Below, in pieces: positions 27,142 to 37,156 of a DNA stretch of 64,000 nucleotides. How positions within the stretch are numbered: the first letter of the stretch is position 1; each line of letters starts with the position of its first letter. The notes beneath the pieces were generated by a model. That model did no database searches. It had not been told where the DNA came from and saw only the letters and a program-made list of their open reading frames with translations. The stretch lies in assembly GCF_056746865.1 (NCBI RefSeq), contig NZ_CM163382.1. One strand, 5' to 3'. The translations under genes were made by a program, and so were the position numbers.

Positions 27142-30100
27142 ATGAAACGACATCTGAACACCAGCTACAGGCTGGTATGGAATCACATTACGGGCACCCT
27201 GGTGGTGGCCTCCGAACTGGCCCGCTCACGGGGAAAACGCGCTGGTGTGGCGGTTGCGCTGTCTCTTGCTGCTGTCACATCAGTCCCGGCACTGGCTGCT
27301 GACAAGGTTGTACAGGCGGGAGAAACCGTGAACGACGGAACACTGACAAATCATGACAACCAGATTGTCCTCGGTACGGCCAACGGAATGACCATCAGTA
27401 CCGGTCTGGAGTATGGGCCGGATAACGAGGCCAATACCGGCGGACAATGGATACAAAATGGCGGTATCGCCAACAACACTACTGTCACCGGTGGTGGTCT
27501 TCAGAGAGTGAATGCCGGAGGAAGCGTTTCAGACACGGTTATCAGTGCCGGAGGCGGACAGAGCCTTCAGGGGCAGGCAGTGAACACCACTCTGAACGGC
27601 GGTGAGCAGTGGGTACATGAAGGCGGGATTGCAACGGGTACCGTCATTAATGAGAAGGGCTGGCAGGCCATCAAATCCGGCGCAGTGGCAACCGACACGG
27701 TTGTGAATACCGGCGCGGAAGGGGGACCGGATGCGGAAAATGGTGATACCGGGCAGACCGTCTACGGAGATGCCGTACGCACCACCATCAATAAAAATGG
27801 TCGTCAGATTGTGGCTGCTGAAGGAACGGCAAATACCACTGTGGTTTATGCCGGCGGCGACCAGACTGTACATGGTCACGCACTGGATACCACGCTGAAT
27901 GGGGGGTACCAGTATGTGCACAACGGCGGTACGGCGTCTGGCACTGTTGTAAACAGTGACGGCTGGCAGATTGTCAAAAACGGGGGTGTGGCCGGGAATA
28001 CCACCGTTAATCAGAAGGGCAGACTGCAGGTGGACGCCGGTGGTACAGCCACGAATGTCACCCTGAAGCAGGGCGGCGCACTGGTTACCAGTACGGCTGC
28101 AACCGTTACCGGCATAAACCGCCTGGGAGCATTCTCTGTTGTGGAGGGTAAAGCTGATAATGTCGTACTGGAAAATGGCGGACGCCTGGATGTGCTGACC
28201 GGACACACAGCCACTAATACCCGCGTGGATGATGGCGGAACGCTGGATGTCCGCAACGGTGGCACCGCCACCACCGTATCCATGGGAAATGGCGGTGTAC
28301 TGCTGGCCGATTCCGGTGCCGCTGTCAGTGGTACCCGGAGCGACGGAAAGGCATTCAGTATCGGAGGCGGTCAGGCGGATGCCCTGATGCTGGAAAAAGG
28401 CAGTTCATTCACGCTGAACGCCGGTGATACGGCCACGGATACCACGGTAAATGGCGGACTGTTCACCGCCAGGGGCGGCACACTGGCGGGCACCACCACG
28501 CTGAATAACGGCGCCATACTTACCCTTTCCGGGAAGACGGTGAACAACGATACCCTGACCATCCGTGAAGGCGATGCACTCCTGCAGGGAGGCTCTCTCA
28601 CCGGTAACGGCAGCGTGGAAAAATCAGGAAGTGGCACACTCACTGTCAGCAACACCACACTCACCCAGAAAGCCGTCAACCTGAATGAAGGCACGCTGAC
28701 GCTGAACGACAGTACCGTCACCACGGATGTCATTGCTCAGCGCGGTACAGCCCTGAAGCTGACCGGCAGCACTGTGCTGAACGGTGCCATTGACCCCACG
28801 AATGTCACTCTCGCCTCTGGTGCCACCTGGAATATTCCCGATAACGCCACGGTGCAGTCGGTGGTGGATGACCTCAGCCATGCCGGACAGATTCATTTCA
28901 CCTCCACCCGCACAGGGAAGTTCGTACCGGCAACCCTGAAAGTGAAAAACCTGAACGGACAGAATGGCACCATCAGCCTGCGTGTACGCCCGGATATGGC
29001 ACAGAACAATGCTGACAGACTGGTCATTGACGGTGGCAGGGCAACCGGAAAAACCATCCTGAACCTGGTGAACGCCGGCAACAGTGCGTCGGGGCTGGCG
29101 ACCAGCGGTAAGGGTATTCAGGTGGTGGAAGCCATTAACGGTGCCACCACGGAGGAAGGGGCCTTTATCCAGGGGAATAAGCTGCAGGCCGGTGCCTTTA
29201 ACTACTCCCTCAACCGGGACAGTGATGAGAGCTGGTATCTGCGCAGTGAAAATGCTTATCGTGCTGAAGTCCCCCTGTATACATCCATGCTGACACAGGC
29301 AATGGACTATGACCGGATTCTGGCAGGCTCCCGCAGCCATCAGACCGGTGTAAACGGTGAAAATAACAGCGTCCGTCTCAGCATTCAGGGCGGTCATCTC
29401 GGTCACGATAACAACGGCGGTATTGCCCGTGGAGCCACGCCGGAAAGCAGCGGCAGCTATGGCTTCGTCCGTCTGGAGGGTGACCTGCTCAGAACAGAGG
29501 TTGCCGGTATGTCTCTGACGACAGGGGTGTATGGTGCCGCAGGCCATTCTTCCGTTGATGTTAAGGATGATGACGGTTCCCGCGCCGGCACGGTCCGGGA
29601 TGATGCCGGCAGCCTGGGCGGATACCTGAATCTGACACACACGTCCTCCGGCCTGTGGGCTGACATTGTGGCACAGGGAACCCGCCACAGCATGAAAGCG
29701 TCATCGGACAATAACGACTTCCGCGCCCGGGGCTGGGGCTGGCTGGGCTCACTGGAAACCGGTCTGCCCTTCAGTATCACTGACAACCTGATGCTGGAGC
29801 CACAACTGCAGTATACCTGGCAGGGACTTTCCCTGGATGACGGCCAGGATAACGCCGGTTATGTGAAGTTCGGGCATGGCAGTGCACAACATGTGCGTGC
29901 CGGTTTCCGTCTGGGCAGCCACAACGATATGAGCTTTGGTGAAGGCACCTCATCCCGTGACACCCTGCGCGACAGTGCAAAACACCGTGTGCGTGAACTG
30001 CCGGTGAACTGGTGGGTACAGCCTTCTGTTATCCGCACTTTCAGCTCCCGGGGTGACATGAGCATGGGTACAGCCGCAGCCGGCAGTAACATGACGTTCT

Positions 30101-30261
30101 CACCGTCCCGGAATGGCACGTCACTGGACCTGCAGGCCGGACTGGAAGCCCGTGTCCGGGAAAATATCACCCTGGGCGTTCAGGCCGGTTATGCCCACAG
30201 TGTCAGCGGCAGCAGCGCTGAAGGTTATAACGGTCAGGCCACGCTGAATGTGACTTTCTGA
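27142..30261 (+). CDS. flu: Antigen 43 self-associating autotransporter adhesin
   Basis: 1039 aa from [33 protein letters not shown] (extended signal peptide); repetitive passenger; C-terminal barrel ending ...NVTF. Confidence 0.9.
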   Translation: MKRHLNTSYRLVWNHITGTLVVASELARSRGKRAGVAVALSLAAVTSVPALAADKVVQAGETVNDGTLTNHDNQIVLGTANGMTISTGLEYGPDNEANTGGQWIQNGGIANNTTVTGGGLQRVNAGGSVSDTVISAGGGQSLQGQAVNTTLNGGEQWVHEGGIATGTVINEKGWQAIKSGAVATDTVVNTGAEGGPDAENGDTGQTVYGDAVRTTINKNGRQIVAAEGTANTTVVYAGGDQTVHGHALDTTLNGGYQYVHNGGTASGTVVNSDGWQIVKNGGVAGNTTVNQKGRLQVDAGGTATNVTLKQGGALVTSTAATVTGINRLGAFSVVEGKADNVVLENGGRLDVLTGHTATNTRVDDGGTLDVRNGGTATTVSMGNGGVLLADSGAAVSGTRSDGKAFSIGGGQADALMLEKGSSFTLNAGDTATDTTVNGGLFTARGGTLAGTTTLNNGAILTLSGKTVNNDTLTIREGDALLQGGSLTGNGSVEKSGSGTLTVSNTTLTQKAVNLNEGTLTLNDSTVTTDVIAQRGTALKLTGSTVLNGAIDPTNVTLASGATWNIPDNATVQSVVDDLSHAGQIHFTSTRTGKFVPATLKVKNLNGQNGTISLRVRPDMAQNNADRLVIDGGRATGKTILNLVNAGNSASGLATSGKGIQVVEAINGATTEEGAFIQGNKLQAGAFNYSLNRDSDESWYLRSENAYRAEVPLYTSMLTQAMDYDRILAGSRSHQTGVNGENNSVRLSIQGGHLGHDNNGGIARGATPESSGSYGFVRLEGDLLRTEVAGMSLTTGVYGAAGHSSVDVKDDDGSRAGTVRDDAGSLGGYLNLTHTSSGLWADIVAQGTRHSMKASSDNNDFRARGWGWLGSLETGLPFSITDNLMLEPQLQYTWQGLSLDDGQDNAGYVKFGHGSAQHVRAGFRLGSHNDMSFGEGTSSRDTLRDSAKHRVRELPVNWWVQPSVIRTFSSRGDMSMGTAAAGSNMTFSPSRNGTSLDLQAGLEARVRENITLGVQAGYAHSVSGSSAEGYNGQATLNVTF

Positions 30262-30331
30262 TAATCAGGTCACTCTCCTTCAGGCCCCGGTCATCATGAC
30301 CGGGGCTTTTTACTTTCAGGGAGCAACAGAT

Positions 30332-30490
30332 ATGCCGGGTTGTACATCACGTTTATTGCCCGAAGGCCCTTTCTCACGCGAACAGGCTGTTGCCGTCAAA
30401 ACAGCTTACCGCAATGTGTTTACTGAAGATGACCAGGGAACATATTCCCGGCTGGTTATCCGTAATGCTGAAGGTCAGTTGCGCTGGTGA
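30332..30490 (+). CDS. DUF905-like small protein (possibly truncated)
   Basis: 52 aa ...[44 protein letters not shown]; family-like sequence continues past the TGA (CWNTA*). Confidence 0.45.
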   Translation: MPGCTSRLLPEGPFSREQAVAVKTAYRNVFTEDDQGTYSRLVIRNAEGQLRW

Positions 30491-30644
30491 TGCTGGAACA
30501 CAGCTTAATACTCAGCTCGCCAGTTAAGGGCTTCTCAGACAATAAACGTCATTCATTTCATCTGTCAGGCCGCGTCTTCTCCGGGAGACGTGGCTTTTTC
30601 ATTTATTACACCAGTAAATCGTAACCACCGATAAGGAGCAAATT

Positions 30645-31463
30645 ATGCGACTAGCCAGTCGTTTTGGTTATGCGAACCAGATACGCCGTGACCGTCCGCT
30701 GACACACGAAGAACTGATGCACTATGTTCCCAGTATTTTCGGTGAAGACCGGCATACTTCCCGCAGTAAACGATATGCGTACATTCCCACCATCACCGTA
30801 CTGGAAAGCCTGCAGCAGGAAGGTTTTCAGCCATTCTTCGCCTGCCAGACCCGCGTGCGCGACCCGGGCCGCCGGGGATACACAAAACACATGCTGCGTC
30901 TGCGGCGGGCCGGAGAGATAAACGGAGAACATGTCCCTGAAATTATTCTGCTCAACTCTCATGACGGTACCTCCAGCTACCAGATGCTGCCGGGTTACTT
31001 CAGATTCGTCTGCCAGAATGGCTGCGTCTGCGGTCAGTCTCTGGGGGAAGTGCGTGTTCCACACCGGGGAAATGTGGTGGAGAAAGTTATCGAAGGGGCT
31101 TACGAAGTGGTGGGGGTTTTTGACCGGATTGAGGAAAAGCGTGATGCCATGCAGTCGCTGGTCCTGCCGCCACCGGCACGCCAGGCGCTGGCACAGGCGG
31201 CACTGACTTACCGTTATGGTGACGAACATCAGCCGGTCACCACCGCTGACATTCTGACACCACGACGCAGGGAGGATTACGGTCAGGACCTGTGGAGCGC
31301 ATATCAGACCATCCAGGAGAATATGCTGAAAGGCGGAATTTCCGGCCGCAGTGCAAAAGGAAAACGTATCCACACCCGTGCCATTCACAACATCGACACC
31401 GATATTAAGCTCAACCGCGCATTGTGGGTAATGGCAGAAACGCTGCTGGAGAGCCTGCGCTGA
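30645..31463 (+). CDS. DUF932 protein (YfjQ/YafZ family)
   Basis: 272 aa, AAGGAG SD; CP4-type island family. Confidence 0.75.
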   Translation: MRLASRFGYANQIRRDRPLTHEELMHYVPSIFGEDRHTSRSKRYAYIPTITVLESLQQEGFQPFFACQTRVRDPGRRGYTKHMLRLRRAGEINGEHVPEIILLNSHDGTSSYQMLPGYFRFVCQNGCVCGQSLGEVRVPHRGNVVEKVIEGAYEVVGVFDRIEEKRDAMQSLVLPPPARQALAQAALTYRYGDEHQPVTTADILTPRRREDYGQDLWSAYQTIQENMLKGGISGRSAKGKRIHTRAIHNIDTDIKLNRALWVMAETLLESLR

Positions 31464-31804
31464 TGCAGCATGTCCCTGAAAGCGTGATTCAGGCACCAGA
31501 ATCACCCGACGCCCCGGAGGCGCTGCCGGGGTGTCGTTCCATTTCTGATGATGACCTGTGCGCCTGGTGTACCCGTCTGCTTTACCGTCCCGGAGAAATC
31601 AGTCTGTGCAGACTGAGTATACAGGCAATGGCATCTGGCCATCCGTCTGTGACCGGAACGGTTACGCGTACGGCTGTCCGGAATTTCAGCCGAATATCAT
31701 TCATCCCTGATATTACCGGGTCATCACGGTCAGTGATGAACGTGATGTTGCCAGCTCCCGACCTTTACTCCCTCTCATTTATTCACATTACAAGGATTTC
31801 ATAC

Positions 31805-32278
31805 ATGAAAACATTGTCTCAGAACACCACCTCTTCGGCCTGTGCACCGGAGACTGACCTGCAACAACTGGTAGCCACTCCCGTCCCTGATGAACGGCGC
31901 ATCAGCTTCTGGCCGCAGCACTTTGGCCTCATTCCACAGTGGGTGACCCTGGAGCCCCGTATCTTCGGCTGGATGGACCGTCTGTGTGAAGACTACTGCG
32001 GTGGTATCTGGAATCTGTACACCCTGAACAACGGCGGGGCATTTATGGCACCCGAACCGGATGACGATGATGACGAAACATGGGTACTGTTCAATGCCAT
32101 GAACGGTAACCGCGCTGAAATGAGCCCGGAAGCCGCCGGCATTGCTGCCTGTCTGATGACGTACAGTCATCATGCCTGTCGTACGGAGTGTTATGCCATG
32201 ACGGTCCATTATTACCGGCTGCGGGATTACGCCCTGCAGCATCCGGAATGCAGCGCCATTATGCGCATCATCGACTGA
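31805..32278 (+). CDS. Antirestriction protein (KlcA/ArdB-like, YfjX/YafX family)
   Basis: 157 aa from MKTLSQNTTSS...; acidic DDDDDE patch; upstream in-frame extension to 31463 has no stop. Confidence 0.7.
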   Translation: MKTLSQNTTSSACAPETDLQQLVATPVPDERRISFWPQHFGLIPQWVTLEPRIFGWMDRLCEDYCGGIWNLYTLNNGGAFMAPEPDDDDDETWVLFNAMNGNRAEMSPEAAGIAACLMTYSHHACRTECYAMTVHYYRLRDYALQHPECSAIMRIID

Positions 32279-32293
32279 ATGGAGAGAAGTACA

Positions 32294-32770
32294 ATGCAAC
32301 AGCTTTCCTTTCTGCCCGGAGAGATGACGCCCGGCGAGCGCAGCCTCATTCAACGGGCCCTGAAAACCCTGGACCGCCATCTTCATGAACCCGGCGTGGC
32401 CTTCACCTCCACCCGTGCGGCACGAGAATGGCTGATTCTGAACATGGCGGGACTGGAGCGTGAAGAGTTCCGGGTGCTGTATCTGAACAACCAGAATCAG
32501 CTGATTGCCGGTGAAACCCTCTTCACCGGCACCATCAACCGCACGGAAGTCCATCCCCGGGAAGTGATTAAACGCGCCCTGTATCACAATGCCGCTGCTG
32601 TGGTGCTGGCACACAATCACCCGTCCGGTGAAGTCACACCCAGCAAGGCAGACCGCCTTATCACGGAACGTCTGGTACAGGCACTGGGCCTGGTGGATAT
32701 CCGGGTGCCGGACCATCTGATAGTCGGTGGCAGCCAGGTTTTCTCCTTTGCCGAATATGGTCTGCTTTAA
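32294..32770 (+). CDS. RadC-like JAB-domain protein (YeeS/YkfG/YfjY family)
   Basis: JAMM motif HNHPSGxxxPSxxD; start may be 32279. Confidence 0.8.
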   Translation: MQQLSFLPGEMTPGERSLIQRALKTLDRHLHEPGVAFTSTRAAREWLILNMAGLEREEFRVLYLNNQNQLIAGETLFTGTINRTEVHPREVIKRALYHNAAAVVLAHNHPSGEVTPSKADRLITERLVQALGLVDIRVPDHLIVGGSQVFSFAEYGLL

Positions 32771-32832
32771 CCCGTCACAACCACATCACACCTGTTTTCA
32801 CTTTTATCTTCTGTCTTCAGAGGTATCCCACT

Positions 32833-33054
32833 ATGAAAATCATCACCCGTGGCGAAGCCATGCGTATTCACCGTCAGCATCCGGCATCCCGTCTTTTTCC
32901 GTTCTGTACCGGCAAATACCGCTGGCACGGCAGTGCTGAAGCGTATACCGGTCGTGAAGTGCAGGATATTCCCGGTGTGCTGGCCGTGTTTGCAGAACGC
33001 CGTAAGGACAGTTTTGGTCCGTATGTCCGGCTGATGAGCGTCACCCTGAACTGA
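32833..33054 (+). CDS. DUF987 protein (YeeT/YkfH family)
   Basis: 73 aa MKIITRGEAMRIHRQHPASRLFPFCTGKYRWHGSAEAYTGREVQDIPGVLAVFAERRKDSFGPYVRLMSVTLN. Confidence 0.6.
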   Translation: MKIITRGEAMRIHRQHPASRLFPFCTGKYRWHGSAEAYTGREVQDIPGVLAVFAERRKDSFGPYVRLMSVTLN

Positions 33055-33216
33055 TGTTCCGTCACCCGGAAAACGAGTACGACTGGCAGAGCTCAGACGC
33101 CGCTGTGGATGAGGTCCTGCTCATCAACGAATACACCTTTACCGAAGCCGGTCTGCGCGCCGGCTGACCCGTCATCGTTAAACTATCATTCACCGATTTT
33201 CTGTGAGGATTTTATC

Positions 33217-33585
33217 GTGTCAGACACACTTTCCGGGACAACGCATCCCGATGACAATGACGACCATCCCTGGTGGGGACTACCCTGCACAGTGACGCCC
33301 TGTTTCGGCGCCCGTCTGGTGCAGGAGGGTAACCGGTTGCATTACCTTGCCGACCGTGCCGGTATCAGAGGCCGGTTCAGAGATGCGGATGCGTACCCTC
33401 TGGACCAGGCCTTTCCGCTGCTGATGAAACAACTGAAATTAATGCTCACCAGTGGTGAACTGAATCCCCGCCATCAGCATACCGTGACACTGTATGCGAA
33501 GGGGCTGACCTGTGAAGCCGACACCCTCGGCTCCTGTGGTTACGTTTATCTGGCTGTTTATCCGACACCTGAAACGAAAAAGTAA
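33217..33585 (+). CDS. cbeA: CbeA/YeeU-family antitoxin
   Basis: 122 aa from GTG (SDTLSGTTHPDDNDDHPWWGLPCTVTPCFGARLVQEG...); GAGGA SD. Confidence 0.75.
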   Translation: MSDTLSGTTHPDDNDDHPWWGLPCTVTPCFGARLVQEGNRLHYLADRAGIRGRFRDADAYPLDQAFPLLMKQLKLMLTSGELNPRHQHTVTLYAKGLTCEADTLGSCGYVYLAVYPTPETKK

Positions 33586-33674
33586 ACCACCAGAATAACC
33601 TTCTGCTCCGGCCTGGTGTTTTCACCACGCCACTGTCCCATTTTTTATCTCTGCATATCAGGAAAATCTTCAGT

Positions 33675-33733
33675 ATGAAAACATTACCCGACACGCATGT
33701 ACGGGAGGTATCGTGCTGCCCGTCTCCAGTCAC
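33675..33733 (+). pseudogene. cbtA: cbtA/yeeV-family toxin gene, 5' fragment, disrupted by IS21-family insertion
   Basis: MKTLPDTHVREVSCCPSPVT then the IS end; the reading frame resumes after the IS at 36371 (..TIWQTLLTRLLDQH) and then diverges from the family. Confidence 0.7.
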
Positions 33734-33832
33734 TGCGTATTCCGCTCTATTCGATCACGGATTGGCATCGAAGTCCGATCAGCGATTCGCATCCATTCGA
33801 TCAACCGGGAACTTAACTTTTTCTACCGCTTT

Positions 33833-34588
33833 TTAACGCGTTTTTTCGCTGCTTTCCACTACCGGGGGATTTTTCCTCAGTGACTCTCCCTGAAGGACCA
33901 CCCGGTGTGAGTTATGTACCAGTCTGTCCAGGATGGCATCTGCTGTTGTTGGGTTCTCCATCAGACCATGCCATTTATCTACCGGGAACTGGCTTACCAC
34001 TATCGTGCTGCTTTGTCCGTAACGATCCTCTATGAGCTCCAGAAGGTCATTACACTGGGCGTTACTTAACTGTTCCAGCCCCAGATCGTCCAGGATTAGA
34101 ACCTGTATTTTTTGCAACTGTTTCAGATATTTCAGCCAGCTGCCATCAACACGTCCCTGAGCCAGTTGTTCCAGTAATCGCCCGGTTCTACAGTACCGGA
34201 CGCTGTGTTTCTGTCGACATGCCTGTTCGCCCAGCGCATTGGCTATCCAGCTCTTGCCACATCCTGTCGGACCGGTTATCAGCAGGTTTTTCCTGTGGGT
34301 TATGTAGTGGCCGTTCAGCAGTTCTCTCATCTGTTCAGCCCGCAGACCTCTTGAGGCCGGATAGCGCAGCCCTTCCGGTGTTGCCTGGTATTTCAGGCCG
34401 GCATTTTTTCTCAACCGTGCCACACGGCTGTTTTCCCTGCTCAGAAGCTCGTCATCAACCAGCAGCGTCAGCCTTTCCTCGAACGACAGTTCGTCGTAGG
34501 TCTGAGGCGTTTCCCGCTGCCGTATCAGGCTCCCGGCCATCGCCGGGAGTTTCAGTTGGGTCAGTTTGTTTAACAGGTTATCACTCAT
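33833..34588 (-). CDS. istB: IS21-family helper ATPase IstB
   Basis: 251 aa from MSDNLLNKLTQLKLP...; Walker A GPTGCGKS. Confidence 0.85.
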   Translation of the reverse strand: MSDNLLNKLTQLKLPAMAGSLIRQRETPQTYDELSFEERLTLLVDDELLSRENSRVARLRKNAGLKYQATPEGLRYPASRGLRAEQMRELLNGHYITHRKNLLITGPTGCGKSWIANALGEQACRQKHSVRYCRTGRLLEQLAQGRVDGSWLKYLKQLQKIQVLILDDLGLEQLSNAQCNDLLELIEDRYGQSSTIVVSQFPVDKWHGLMENPTTADAILDRLVHNSHRVVLQGESLRKNPPVVESSEKTR

Positions 34589-34604
34589 ACTGTTGTTCCT
34601 TCTG

Positions 34605-36140
34605 TCAGTGGTAGTAGCCCGGACCACGCAGGTTTTCATGCTCTGAAGCATATGCCGGATGTTGTTCGCCCTGGCGGGATAATGGAAGCTCCAGGTTCTC
34701 CCGATGGTGACGCAGCAGATTGTCGATAAAGCGTCTGTCAGGGGCGTTATAGTGCAGGGCAACGTAACAGGCCTTTTCCAGCCGTTCCGGGCCGTATTTT
34801 TTCTGAAGTGCCAGCAGCCCCAGAACTGCACGATAAGCCAGTTCCGGATGGGGTTTTGCCTTCAGCATGGATTCAACCACCCGGCCTGTGGACGGGCCCG
34901 TACGTTTTCCCTGCTCGATCAGGCGTTCCGGTGTCCATGTCCCGTGCTGCCGGTGGCGCTCTGGCATGTGAAGCGGATTGGTTGTGTGTTTATATTCATG
35001 TGTGCTGCGCGGATGTTGCGCCACACACTGCCCCTTGTGCCAGAGCTGTACCACCGACTGCCCCGCCTTCAGTGACAGACGCTGACCGACCAGTTCGTGT
35101 GGAACGGAGTACCAGTGACGGGCATATTCAACGTGGTAGTCAGGGCCAACCTTCACAGCTTTGTATTCCGTGTATTCATAAGGTGCCAGAGGCAGCGGAG
35201 AGAGTGCTGGCGCATCCAGTATGCGGAAGCGTTCTGCACGGGTTTGATTGCCGTACCCCTTCATTGGCCGGTTATTCATGTCTGTCAGTAACTCCCTAAG
35301 GCGCGCATTCAGCGCCCTGAGCGTGTGGAAGGTTTCATTACGGATGCGGGCAAGAAGCCATCGTTCGACGATGAGGACGCCGTTTTCTGCTTTTGGTTTA
35401 TCTTTAGGTTTGCGTGGTCGGGCCGGGATGATAACCGTGCCATAGTGCTCAGCCAGTGCCTGATAACTGTCGTTGATGACAGGCTCATATCGATCGGCCT
35501 TTTTCACTGCGCTTCTGAGGTTATCGGGGATGAGCAGCTTCGGTACGCCGCCCAGGAAGGTCAGGCAACGGCTGTGGGCATTTAACCATGACATCATGTC
35601 CTGACCTTCGCACGCTTCAACGTAGGTATAGTTGGACGCCCCCATTACGGCCACGAAGATTGCCACGCGGCGTATCTCACCGGTGTCCGGATTAATAACA
35701 GGAACCGTAGGACCACAGAAGTCGATAAAAAGCTTTTCGCCGGCACGATGCTCCTGGCGCATGGAGAGACGTCGCGTTTTTTTCCACTCCCGGTAGCAAC
35801 GGCAGAAGTGCGAGTATCCCATCGCTTTGTTACCCGCCTGTGCCTTGTATTCCATCCACAACAGTTGCCGCGTCACACCTGGTTTTCTCATTTCCGTATC
35901 GAGGTACAACATGTCAGGCATTACAAGCTCTGATGCAAAGGTGTCTTTGGGCGGAAAAATGAGTTTCTCCAGCGTGTCATGGGATATATCAGCAGGTAAT
36001 GGCCATGACAGAGAAGAGGCTTTGAAGCGGGCAAGAACCTCAAAAACGGTTGAGGCGCTGATGTGTAACGTCAGTCCGATACAACGGTTAGTCAGCTTCT
36101 TGTCGAACTTGAGCTGAAGAATCTTAAAACAGGTTTCCAT
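34605..36140 (-). CDS. istA: IS21-family transposase IstA
   Basis: 511 aa from METCFKILQLKF...; HTH plus DDE core; AGGAG SD. Confidence 0.85.
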   Translation of the reverse strand: METCFKILQLKFDKKLTNRCIGLTLHISASTVFEVLARFKASSLSWPLPADISHDTLEKLIFPPKDTFASELVMPDMLYLDTEMRKPGVTRQLLWMEYKAQAGNKAMGYSHFCRCYREWKKTRRLSMRQEHRAGEKLFIDFCGPTVPVINPDTGEIRRVAIFVAVMGASNYTYVEACEGQDMMSWLNAHSRCLTFLGGVPKLLIPDNLRSAVKKADRYEPVINDSYQALAEHYGTVIIPARPRKPKDKPKAENGVLIVERWLLARIRNETFHTLRALNARLRELLTDMNNRPMKGYGNQTRAERFRILDAPALSPLPLAPYEYTEYKAVKVGPDYHVEYARHWYSVPHELVGQRLSLKAGQSVVQLWHKGQCVAQHPRSTHEYKHTTNPLHMPERHRQHGTWTPERLIEQGKRTGPSTGRVVESMLKAKPHPELAYRAVLGLLALQKKYGPERLEKACYVALHYNAPDRRFIDNLLRHHRENLELPLSRQGEQHPAYASEHENLRGPGYYH

Positions 36141-36686
36141 AGTGCTCCTGGATTTTCTCTTTCTGGACATTGACGTCTCCACTGGTTTAAACACGGCAAT
36201 GGAGACTGTGGTGAAAAGAGTTAATTCCCGGAGTGACTGGCAGGATGCCAATCAATGATCGGAAGCATGCCAAATCGTGATCGATTGTGATGCCAAACTG
36301 TGATCGGAGATGGATGCCAAATCATGATCGATTCGAATGCCAAACTGCGATCGATTCAGATGCCATTTTGCAGTCACCATCTGGCAGACACTGCTCACCC
36401 GGTTACTGGACCAGCATTCCCTGATTTCCTCATCGATATCGAATAAGCACTCGTCGCAGAATTCTTTATCGAGTGAGAGCCTCTGTTCAAGGACGCTTCT
36501 TTTTTTTGTTGCAACGTGCACATCCCTTCATCTTTCCGCGCCTTTGTGACCTCGTGATTTGGGGTACATGGAAAATGGGCGTAGCAAGCCTCAGCTAGAT
36601 AACTAACCGTAATAAAAGGGCTTTTCTGCGAGCAATGTAAGAGAAGGATAACTAGGCAGGTTGCAAGAAAGATAATCGTTTTGATA

Positions 36687-36721
36687 GATCAGTTTATCGA
36701 TATTGATCGTTAGTGCCGATC
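36687..36721 (+). promoter_or_regulatory. Triple-GATC motif resembling the Ag43 Dam/OxyR switch
   Basis: GATC at about 36687, 36705, 36718 (spacing 18 and 13 bp, versus 19 and 13 upstream of flu) within ATCGAT-rich sequence about 440 bp upstream of mtnK. Confidence 0.3.
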
Positions 36722-37156
36722 GATAAGAAGTGCGGAAACGTTAGACTCACCTCTGTTGCTCCATCATGATGATGGGGCTGTTGGCCCTCGAATCTATCTG
36801 TCTATTAGCATCGGCATGACAAACACCATTTGTTTCCACAACAAAAGACAATAGAAAAGTACATATGTACAAAAAGTGTGATTTATTCTGTCACTTCAGT
36901 ACTTCCTTTCGCCTAAGTTTGCCCGTAATAATTCCCCGTGCAGTACTATTGTTGCGACATAACAACATGAATTACATGGTAATAATAGATGTTTTCCTCT
37001 GCTGATTCCTGTAAGGATCATGACTCCATACGACATCATTTTTAATTTTATACAGTTCAAAAAATCTACATGTGTCACAAATAATTTTACATTTGATAAT
37101 GTATAGTTGTCACATGACAAGTTGATTATCATTCTGTGTAGACAAGGAGAACTGTT

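Larger units (their letters stand above)
33734..36370 (-). mobile_element. IS21-family element (about 2.64 kb)
   Basis: istA-istB pair; arrays of short terminal repeats (CGATCAxxGATTGGCATCG-type) at both ends; flanked by CAGTCAC on both sides; joining the flanks restores the cbtA frame. Confidence 0.8.

Noticed and set aside
27529-29980. Long antisense ORFs inside flu (e.g. 28624..29688, 354 aa)
   Set aside because: They lie opposite a high-GC repetitive autotransporter gene, have low-complexity composition and no start context; typical spurious antisense frames.
30651-32716. Minus-strand ORFs 30651..31505 and 31799..32716
   Set aside because: Antisense to the DUF932, antirestriction and RadC-like genes, which have recognisable families and SDs.
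36252-36549. ORFs 36252..36521 (minus) and 36337..36549 (plus) at the IS21/cbtA junction
   Set aside because: The plus ORF is the cbtA remnant reading out of IS terminal repeats; the minus ORF spans the IS end and junction. Both are junction artefacts.
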